From: Octopus sinensis
Taxonomy: Eukaryota
DNA: 64,000 nucleotides
NCBI RefSeq assembly: GCF_006345805.1
Contig: NC_043003.1
Coordinates: 41,044,001-41,108,000 of the forward strand
Direction: 5' to 3'
Positions 53,523-64,000 of the stretch are shown here, piece after piece. Position numbers and translations under genes: made by a program. Below the pieces are notes generated by a model. It was not told the origin of the DNA. It saw only the letters and a list, made by a program, of their open reading frames with translations, and did not search any database. Numbering within the stretch: the first letter of the stretch is position 1; the number at the start of each line of letters is the position of its first letter.

Positions 53523-54565
53523 TATATATATATATATATATATATCATTCTATATAATTAACAGATGCACTACGCGCACACGCACATACACACAGAGACA
53601 CAGAAACACACACACACAGACACACACACAAACACGTACACACATATGTGTATAGTTTGGACGAATGATTACGAAGTACGCTTCGCGACCGCGAAGTCGC
53701 AAGTTTATTCTCCCAGTGTGGCTTCCTCAAAATGTTAAATTAAACATAGCCTCCGGTTATGCTATACCTTACAAAGGAAATTTACAAGTAATCACACTGT
53801 GTCCAAATGATTCTGCCTTAGTATTTACGTTAAGGGCACTAGTGGCAGTAGAATGCTTCCTCACCATTAAACCTACTTTCCGAATGCTGTAAGTCAAATT
53901 AAGTTGGGAATCTTCTATCTCCCGAAGCTATTGTACAATAACTTACACTAACACACTGAAATTTTGTTCAAAGCGAACCGACGTGGTTCGTTATTGGTAT
54001 CTCCGCAGGAGATCTTAGAAAGTAAAGAGATTTCACAAATTATATTACTAATTTTCTCTGAAGGTATGATGACTCTGGCACCCCACAAGGGTCTTCTTAA
54101 CAGCAATATAGTCCACTCCGCTATCCTTAATGCCTACAAAAACATTAGTTCACTATTACCGCTATGACACCCCACAGGTAAATTTTTATCAGCACCAATT
54201 CTCCTGCAAGAACACCTGCTCTGACATCTATAAGAATACCACCAAGAAAATTTTCTCTCAATCACTAGCCGTGGAAATCAAATACAATTTCCTAGGGCAT
54301 AGAGTCATAATTTCTCAACAGGGTCCCCGTAATTTAAGAATTGGACATCTACATTCTTGAAGATCCTGGTATTTAACCTAGTGCACTCACGCCTGAAGGC
54401 GGTACTGCAATGTTTCTTTATATTGTGAAGGACTCTAAAGAAGAGGGCAGGATCGGGATTCAAATCTTATTTACTATAACCTATTTCATCCGACTTTTTC
54501 TTTCTATACACATACAAAAGATAAAAGAAAATTGGCGAGCGATATATATTTATTAATATATATTT

Positions 54566-54759
54566 CAGTTCTATATTTAGAGATGAGGAATTATGTACAT
54601 TATTTACATTATTTACATTGTTTATATTTGACGAATATTTGTCTTCATCTTGTTTGTTGTTAACACAACGTTTCGGCTGATATACCCTCCAGCCTTCATC
54701 AGGTGTCTTGAGGAAATTTCGAACCTGGGTTCTCATTTGTAAGGTATTTTTCAATGTTA

Positions 54760-54846
<87 letters not shown>

Positions 54847-54942
54847 TTCAGGTCACTGCCTGGAATCGAACTAGTACACTTGGGGTTACTAGCCCACGCT
54901 CTTAACCACTATGCCATGTGCCACGGGCATACGGCATAGTGG
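54566..54942 (-). mobile_element. tRNA-headed SINE-like element with (ACT/AAT)n spacer and an HHR-containing 3' tail
   Basis: Minus-strand head TGGCATAGTGG (A box) .. GTTCGATTCC (B box) at 54848-54922, microsatellite 54757-54847, tail 54566-54756; short inverted copy of the head at ~54925-54942. Confidence 0.75.
54662..54707 (-). ncRNA. Minimal type I hammerhead ribozyme
   Basis: Minus strand GACAC-CTGATGA-A-GGCTGG-AGGGTATA-TCAGCC-GAAA-CG-TT-GTGTT; palindromic ACGU helix III. Confidence 0.8.
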
Positions 54943-55790
54943 AACGCATCAGACAAACTTTCATACGGTGTCTGAGTTGCACTGCTGGGAGGCATTCACT
55001 TGAACTTGGCATCGTTAATCGATCGGTAAGACGTATTTTGCATGAAGACCTGCATTTCCATTCGTACAAATTAATCATTGAAACCACGGAACTATGCACA
55101 GTTGCTTTACTTCGCACGTCACATGGAAGCAATTGTTGAGGCAAATAAAATCTCATTTTCATCTCAATAACATGGTGAATCAACAGAACTGTCGTTATTG
55201 GGCTCTTGAAAATCTGAGATCGCTGCAGGAAAAACCACTGCTCAGCCCAAAAGTAGTGACTGTCTGGTGTACTTTTGGAAAAGCTGTCGTCATCGGTCCT
55301 TACTTTTTAAAGTCAATGAATGAAATATTATTACTGTGAACTCCGAGCATTACATCGAGATGATAAACAACTTCCTTGTGCCTGAATTACGACGACGACG
55401 TATGCCTATTCGACGTATATAGTTTCAGCAGGATGGGGCGAGGGCCCACATAGCCAGAGTATCAATGAACGTTCTTTACCCTCTCTTCGATGACTACCTC
55501 ATTTCCAGGTTTGCAGACCATCCTTGGGCCCCTCGATCCCCTGATCCCCTGATCACTGGACGATTTGAAGGAAGCTATTCGCGTGGAAGTCACCCAAATT
55601 GACAGAGCAATGCTGGAGAGAGTGGAGGCCAACTTCTAAGAATGCCTTCAGAAATGCACCAATGAAAATGATCACCACATGACGAATGTCGTTTTCTAAA
55701 AATGCTAATTAAATACGAAAATATTGACGTCAATAGAATTTGTTTGCAGCTAAAATTTTCATAAACGTCCATTCTTTCTGCTCCAACCTG
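54943..55790 (+). mobile_element. Decayed Tc1/mariner transposon (rosa/DD41D-like)
   Basis: SVRRILHEDLHFHSYK..HFHLNNMVNQQNCRYW..VTVWC..VIGPYF..FQQDGARAH..WAPRSPD; 3' end ..aacctg followed by TA. Confidence 0.88.
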
Positions 55791-55793
55791 TAG

Positions 55794-55827
<34 letters not shown>

Positions 55828-56256
55828 GGGGAATGGCAATAAACACAAGTTTCTACTATTTGTTCCTGTGTACATTTTCTAGATAGCCGCTGCTGGAACG
55901 ATTTTCGTCTGCCTCCTATATAAAGTATGTTTTTAAACACAGCGCTTCCATAAGAGATGTTATCTCTGGATGAATACCGCAGTAAATTGTCTTTCAACGA
56001 TATATTTACATTGAATAAGCTATATTGATGGCTAAATATATATATATTCATATACTTATGGACATACATACATGTGTCTATATATATATATACGCATAAC
56101 TGTGTACCTATATACATGAACCCATACACACACAAATATATATACACACATATATATATGTGTACATAAATACATAAATATATTTATATGTATACATATA
56201 TCCAATATATGCAGATATATGCCTATAGATATAAACACACACACACGCGTATATAT

Positions 56257-56314
<58 letters not shown>

Positions 56315-56946
56315 TTACACATAGGCACATTTATATAAAATTATTAGACATTTAGACATACAAAGATAGACAAGGATAGAGAGGACAGCTAAAGTGAATG
56401 TAAGTGAGATGAAATGAAAACAAGTGGGGTAGACTGGAGGTTGAGAAATGATGGAACGAATGCGAGAAAACTTATATTAATCTATTTACAATATTCATAA
56501 TGGCGTTGTCTGCTACAGAAACACACACACGCACTCACACACACGCATTTATATACAAGGGTGTATATGTACGTGTTCAAGTGTTTGTGTCTACTGGCTC
56601 TTGGGATTAGTCAAAGACGAAAGTTTCGTATCGACTTCTGGGTTTCTGTTCTTGTTAAGCCGACTGGAAAACGAGACGGACTGACTTTAATGCTTTTTAT
56701 GGTTGATTATGATATTAGAAATATGTTTTAGGTTGACACTTACAGGTATCGATTTTCTATGACTGTATCCTAGACGCATGTGTGTATGTGTAAACGTATA
56801 TGTGTGTATGTATGTATGTAGGTATACATGTTTACTGGTTTGTCCATAAATATTCAGTTAACACACACGCGTAAAGACAAGCACAAATAGCAGTGTTCAC
56901 AAGCACTGACATAAGCGCATATGCGTATTCATGTCCGTACATACTT

Positions 56947-57033
<87 letters not shown>

Positions 57034-57089
57034 CATATATATATATAAGCATATATATGTATATGCGTATATATATATATATATTTAGC

Positions 57090-57120
<31 letters not shown>

Positions 57121-59452
57121 AGAAATAAGAAGAGGAAATGAGAGAGAGACACACAGACAAATATAGAAAGATATTTAGTTGGACAGGTAGATGTATAGAT
57201 AGAAATAGGCACATATACATGTATAAATAGAAAGTGGGGGCATACGAGAGAGGAATTGAGAGTGCACAAGAAAAAAAGAAAGAAAGAAAGAAAGATGGAA
57301 CGAAAGAGAGAGGGAGAGAAAAATTGAGAAAGAAAGAAATGAAGAAAGAAAAAGAGAAAGTAAGACAACATGAAATATAATAAACAAGAATGTAATGTGC
57401 CATGTGACCACTAGTTGACCCTGTGGAGCATATGATTTCAATCCATATATTCCCTTCAGTAATACATTACTTGTTCTGTTTGGAATTAATCTTAGTATAA
57501 CTGCGTTTTGAAATAATCGTGTACACATATTCACATACCTAATCATACCCCAACCAATACATCTTTCTCTCTATTTATCTATCTGCTTACCTCTTTTGTA
57601 TCTATTCAATCATACATGTATACATACATACATACACACACACATAAAACTTTATCTCCATAACTTTGATATGTATAAATCTCTGTGTCGGTCGTTGACT
57701 TCCAATACCTTTTGCTTCTCCCTCCCTCCCTTCCTCACTCACTCACTCACTCACTCATTCATTCATTCTTGATCTCTTTCTCTCTTTACGCATAAATACT
57801 TATAAATGCGTAGTAGATGCAGCATGAGCAACCGATTAAGAAGATCGTTTCACTATTACGTCTTTCCTTGTTTGACAATATTGCGGAGCATCTAGGGCAA
57901 GTATATTTTACCACCGGCATCGCTTCGTGAAACTGGATAGGAGAAACTATGTAGAAACCCATCATATGGATTGCACCTAATGCATTTAAATGGTACCATT
58001 TTGTCACATACTGTGTTACACAGACCATCAGGTTGTGTACATGTCAGTGGAATATTCTGCCATTTATTCAGTAATTTAGTTAGCTGCTAATTCAGCTGAT
58101 CCAACAACTAAATCCTCCTCGTTTAAAGAGACGGTGATTCATTTCTTGTTATTTACAAATGGATATTTTGTACCACATATATGTTGTGAATCTTCGATGA
58201 ATGCTGCGTAGAACTTGAAACTTAGTATTCAGTTATTCGACCTATGAAACCCCATAATCCTTCAATTATCGTGTAAGTGGCTAAGCATTGTCAAAGACAG
58301 TTGTGCAGGTGTACAATGCTTGTGTAGAATAAACGGGATTCACCCTGTGACAGGTCTGACTATTTCAATGTACAGATCTAACGAAAGTTACCATACATGT
58401 TTCTTTCTATCCCATTTTTTACAAGACTTGTGTCAACCGATGGAAAGCTAATTCATACAACCATGAATGAACTTGTATGTGTGTAATATTAAGATTCTAA
58501 CATGACGGAAGACTATTTACTTTCTATGACATTCCCAAATTGTAGCGTTTTTCTGTCTCATTCCAGTCCTTTTGGAATGACCTTTGCGAACATTTTGCAC
58601 CCAGCATAGCAATGCGTTGAGTGACCAGATAGAAATCTGTATCACGCAACGGTGATGTCCACTATTTTGTAATATAATATAAACAGATGAGTTGTGCAGA
58701 AACGTTTCACTAAAGGAGACACCATAATGCAGTCGCTTAAACAGCTAGAAATAACTGCCATGCCTCACTTAAATCACATTTTATAAAGGATAGACATTTT
58801 GAATAAATTAATCCAAAATATGTACAAAAAATATGGGATGATAACGGTAAGACTCCCACTAATAGTATTCTTATATATCCTGCTAGAATAAATGTAGTAA
58901 ATAGTTCTCTTCCCAACGAGATATAGGCACCGGACTAATGGATCTTTTGTTCTCTCTCTGTGTCTTTTATTACAACTACAATCATCTCAGTTCTTTTGAT
59001 GTTCGCGGCTCTGAAACTCATTCAACCAATACAACTACTTTGCTTTTGCTAAACTACCTCTCTGATGAACGACTCTTGAAATAATGTAACATTAATCAAC
59101 TCTAGGAATATTTATTTTTACGAGGAAGATTCTGTATTCATGTGTCTATGTTTTTAAGTATGTACCTAAATACATATACATAAACGTTAGATACATCACG
59201 TTATGCACACATATATAGATATGCGTATGTCGGTGGAGAGACACACACACACACATACACATATATACATCTATATATGAATATATACATATATACATAC
59301 GCACACTTACAAATACATATACATAATATATATACATGTAAACATGTATGTATATATCATATATATACTTATGTATGTATGTATGTATATATATATGTGT
59401 GTATGTATATATATATATTCATATATATGTATATATATCTGTATCTATGCGC

Positions 59453-59516
<64 letters not shown>

Positions 59517-60157
59517 ATATGTGTGTGTATGTGTTTTTGTGTTCTTGTAAAACTCGAATAATAAAATTAAGAGATAGATGAGTGAAACATTCAGTAACAC
59601 TTAAAACTTTCGCACTGACCTTAAATAGAAAGTTTAATTTAACAAGATTTATAGAGAAACATCGTGCCGAAAATAAGCGCTTTATTCAAATAAAGGTGAA
59701 TACCGAAATGGACAATGACAGCAGTTGATAGAAGACTTTGCGTTCAATAGAATTGACCACAATAGGAGAACTGAAGAGTTGAATGAATAGCAGAGAAATC
59801 AGTTGTGCCAATTATGGCAATTGAGGTTAAGAAGATGACAGATGTTATTTGAAAATGAACAAAAGGCTTTATGGAAAATAAACTGTTGGCCTGTTGTTAA
59901 TTAGCATTGGTTAGATACGGTTTCGAGTAGACTGTACTATAAATACAAGAGAATGCAATGTTGGTGCCCATTGTTGTTGCTGTTATGGTGTTATTTTTGG
60001 TGTCATCTTTGTGGAAGATTTCGTTGTTGCTCTTGTTGTTTGTGTAGTTCTACTACATTTGTTATCACCTTCCATTGTTTTATTTCAATTGCGTTTGTAC
60101 TGGCACTTGTTGGAAGCTATAGATCTGTTGTTATTGCCTTGAGTCGTGTAAATTAAG

Positions 60158-60159
<2 letters not shown>

Positions 60160-60208
<49 letters not shown>

Positions 60209-61080
60209 GTAATAGTAATAGTATGAGTAATTTCTTTTCTTTGCCACCAGGATGAAGAATGAGAGGGGCAATACAAAGACTGACATAAAGTGTTGGGGGC
60301 TACTAACGATGGAATGACAGAAAAAAATAAAATAAACAGTATATATAGTATACGACACTAGAACAGGAATAAAATGATTGTGATGAGATTCCCCTGATAC
60401 AAGAAGACCTCTGGGGATAATCGAGGAACCCCACCATCCCGGGTCACTCCAAATACCAAGGACGAGTGTCCTCTCCAACTCATTTCTTTCGACTCACATA
60501 TCTACACTAAGAATAGCACCATCCACTCTTGACATTTTCGCAACTTTCACCCTCCTTTTCATAAATTCACTCAAAGACAGCACCTCCGTCTCCACCCTCA
60601 CCTTCTTTTTCAAGTGACACTTGGAAAAGTCGATGAGGGCTTTATCAAAGAGGAATGTTTCTGTCTTCATTTCTTTCAGCCTCGTCCATCAGACAACCTC
60701 TTTCGCCACGGCCACCAGACAAAGGAAAACAGCCTTGCCTGTCCGATTAAAGGAGGGCGGCGGGGGTAATCCTCATTAAGGACTCGACTGACAGATGAAT
60801 TCGTCCCACACGCGACAACAGCTGCTCGTCATAACATCATACGTCAGCAATGCCCGAACACTGAACGCGTGCATATAGTATGGTTACGTTGCCCTGCGAG
60901 CACCTCGGACAAGCCCGTCTGATAGCATATCCATACCTGTAGAGTTTATCTCGAACCGCTAGCGACCCCTGGTAACACTGCCAGGTCCAAGACATCTAGA
61001 AATTATCCATAAAAGTCCCCGGCCGGAAAGCCCTACGGAACTGACTTGCCACATGGGCGAAAGATGAAGGGGACGACAGT
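60160..61080 (-). mobile_element. 3' end of an L1/Tx1-clade LINE with (ATT)n tail
   Basis: Minus strand WQCYQGSLAVRDKLYRYG..ACPRC (zf-RVT-like) .. AVFLCLVAVAKEVV*WTR..HLKKKVRVE, then 3' UTR and trinucleotide tail. Confidence 0.75.
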
Positions 61081-61092
61081 CAATAATAATCC

Positions 61093-62066
61093 TTTCTGCT
61101 GGAGGTGCAAGGCCTCAAATTTATTGGGAGGGACTAGTCGATTACATTGACCCAATGTTTCACTGGTACTTAATTTATCGATCTCGAGACGATGAAACGC
61201 AAAGTCGACCTCGTCGTAATTTGAACTCAGTACACAAGGACTGACGAATTATCGATTAGCATTTTCTCCTGTGTGCTAACGATTCTGCAAGCTCACCGAC
61301 TTTAATAATAATTTCTACTGTAGTCACAAGGCCAGAAATTTGAGGGGAGGGCCTAGTACATTACATCGACCCCAGTGCTTAATTGGTACTTATTTTATCG
61401 GCCTCTAAAGAATATCAGGTAAAGTCATCCTCGGCGGAATTTGAACTCAGACCGTTACGACTGGCAAAATACCAATTTCTTTACTACCCACAAGGGGCTA
61501 AACAGAGAGAGGACAAACAGGTTAAGTCGAATATATCGACCCCTGTGCGTAACAGGTACTTATTTAATCGACCCCGAAAGGATGAAAGGCAAAGTCGACC
61601 TCGACAGAATTTGAACTCAGAACGTAGCGGCAGACGAAATACCTACTTCTTTATTGCCCACCCGGGGCTAAACACAGAGGGGACAAACAAGGACAGACAA
61701 ATGGATTAAGTCGATTACATCGACCCCAGTGCGTAGCTGGTACTTAATTTATCGACCCCGAAAGGATGAAAGGCAAAGTCGACCTCGGCGGAATTTGAAC
61801 TCAGAACGTAGCGGCAGACGAAATATCGCTAAGCATTTCGCCCGGTGTGCTAACGTTTCTGCCAGCTAGACTGACAAAATACCGTTAAGCATTTTGTTCG
61901 TTGTGCTAACTATTCTACCAGCTTGCCACCGCAACAACAACAACAGCAGCAGCAGCAGCAGCAGCAGTAGCAGCAACAACAACAACAACAACAACAATAG
62001 TAATAATAATAAAGATAATAATAATAATATTAATAATCCTTTCTACTATAGGCACAAGGCCTGAAA
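61093..62066 (-). mobile_element. Cluster of at least five head-to-tail full or partial SINE copies (family of 13982/40269)
   Basis: Repeated atcgaccccgaaaggatgaaaggcaaagtcgacctcg.c.gaatttgaactcag at ~61178, ~61397, ~61567 and ~61751, plus head and tail stubs. Confidence 0.88.
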
Positions 62067-62738
62067 ATAATTGTCAAAAATGTTCAAGAGTTATTGCATT
62101 AACTAACGAGTAGTTAATGCATTAACGCTGTTTGGGTGCATATTCTTCATCTAATATACAGTGAGTTTATAATATACAGTTCTTTATCTAATATACAGTG
62201 AGTTTAATTTTTGTTCTAACACTCGGTACTCTAACACGCTGCGCAGACAGATAAAAAACTATTGATAAATTAAAATCTTACGTCTGTCACGAGCCCAACG
62301 ACTCATTAGATTTGAGCCTATCTCAGTTGCTACGGGGATCAAAACTGCAACAATCTCCACCACGGTACAGGACGCCTGACCATTGAAAATTTAATCCAGC
62401 CTACCATAGTTTACTAGTACATATTTGTAGTTTGAGTGACTGAAGCAACTTGAAATGTAATGTTATGCAGAAGAACACAAGGTGCCACCCAGCCTTGCAA
62501 TGGAAACACCGAATTATGATCGTATGCGCATCTCTCATTATAACGATGTAGTGACCCTTCTGAGTTGAAGTAAACTTTAAATAAAACAAAATAATAAAAC
62601 AAAAAAGAATCAATCAAGGTTACATGTACGAATATTGTTTATTTTGAAATAGATAGATACTTATGATAAGAGGAGTTTGTAGAATATATTTTGCTAAATT
62701 TGAATAACCTGGTTCTCGATAAAAATGACGACTGTATA

Positions 62739-62795
<57 letters not shown>

Positions 62796-63717
62796 ATATA
62801 TATATATATCGAAGAGAAGGAAATGGTGTACTTTACTCTTCAAGAGTTGAAAATATGAGGAGTCAAGGAATTAATATTCCATGTGGAAACTTTTATATGA
62901 TACATGCATATTTTGTGACAACACTCCACGCTTAGAACGTGACTACCAAAACATATGCATATAATAATATCTGATGATAGAATAACCCTTCCCTAGAAGT
63001 ACGTTCGAGTTAATACCAAGTGAAACATTTAAAAACCACAATGACATCACACACAGATATAGGACGCTTATAATGTAAATACAAATAACACGAAAAAAAA
63101 ATGGGAAAAAATGCATTAAATAGAAAATATAAATATCAATAGTAAAAACGCAGAGCATACGAATAAAAAATATCAAATACATAAACCCTGAAAGCACATA
63201 AATTCAAAACAAAAGAAATAAATAATGAGAAATGCTGGAGAAATATTAAAAGATGTTAAAGAATATAAAGAAAAAAATACTAAAACATTGCTGACGGAAA
63301 TTCAAACTTCCTTATATTCCAAGGAATCCGGCTTTATGAAAGGCAGTAAACCCGTTTACTTTCTTTTCTCTTTTCTTGTTGAACGAAACAAACATATGGC
63401 CCCAAGCTGATAACGAGTTTGTATTCGTATTTGTATTTTACTGTATCTCGGTGACTTCCTGTGATGTTAATATTTCCCAGGTTTGTTCTCATGTTGTACA
63501 TCATATGATTACCGTTTTACTCCCGTTGATATATTCAACTTCCTAAAATTGATCCATTTCTCTTGCGCTTGGGGCTGCATTGATTTCTATTTCTGCAACT
63601 TGCTTCCAATAATTACGTCGGGAGGAATGTAAATGACAAGCACTGATTGTATTTGAACTAAAAAAAAAATATTAACGATACATACTTAGGAACACACACA
63701 CAAACATATCAAACATT

Positions 63718-64000
63718 CTTTTCTACTCTACAAAACTCGAAATTTTTGAGGAGAGGGCAATCGATTAGATCAACCCCAGTACGCAACTATTACTTAATTT
63801 ATCGACCCCGAAAAGATGAAAGGCAAAGTCGAACTCGGCGGAATTTGAAGTCGGAACGTAGAGACAGACGAAATATATATTTCTTTATTGTCCACAGAGG
63901 GGACAAACAAGGACAGTCAAAGGGATTAAGTCGATTACATCGACACCAGTGCGTAACTGGGATTTAATTTATCGACTCCAAAAGAATAAAAGGCAAAGTC
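63718..64000 (-). mobile_element. Partial-tandem SINE copies running off the window end
   Basis: Same family motifs at ~63800 and ~63970. Confidence 0.85.

Noticed and set aside
54848-54922. Possible tRNA gene (AGT anticodon-like loop)
   Set aside because: Acceptor and T stems do not pair; treated as a SINE head.
59058-59092. CTGATGA..GAAA motif
   Set aside because: No stem I or stem II complementarity.
62968-63010. CTGATGA-TAG..CTA-GAAG motif
   Set aside because: A15.1 is missing and there is no stem I; likely chance or too decayed to call.

Overview
Very AT-rich, microsatellite-saturated eukaryotic DNA. The SINE families and repeat landscape are those I recognise from coleoid cephalopods, most likely Octopus (recognition only, not database-verified). 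No intact host gene is evident: almost all ORFs in the track are translations of (TA)n, (CA)n, (AAT)n or (GAA)n tracts, and I found only weak candidate exons. The window is intronic or intergenic DNA filled with decayed transposons: RTE, CR1 and L1/Tx1 LINE fragments, several Penelope-like elements (PLE; RT plus GIY-YIG), Tc1/mariner relics and MITEs, a hAT(m)-like element, a non-autonomous Helitron and several tRNA-SINE families. The main signal is RNA structure the ORF track cannot show. I read about 9 well-formed and about 6 degenerate minimal type I hammerhead ribozyme (HHR) motifs by eye. They include core variants that keep the 3-8 pair (C3-G8, U3-A8, A3-U8) and a recurrent U6 variant. 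They lie at PLE 3' ends, in small non-coding foldback or partial-tandem elements, and in the tail of a tRNA-headed SINE-like element. About a dozen long inverted repeats or palindromes are also present. Coordinates of decayed elements are approximate.
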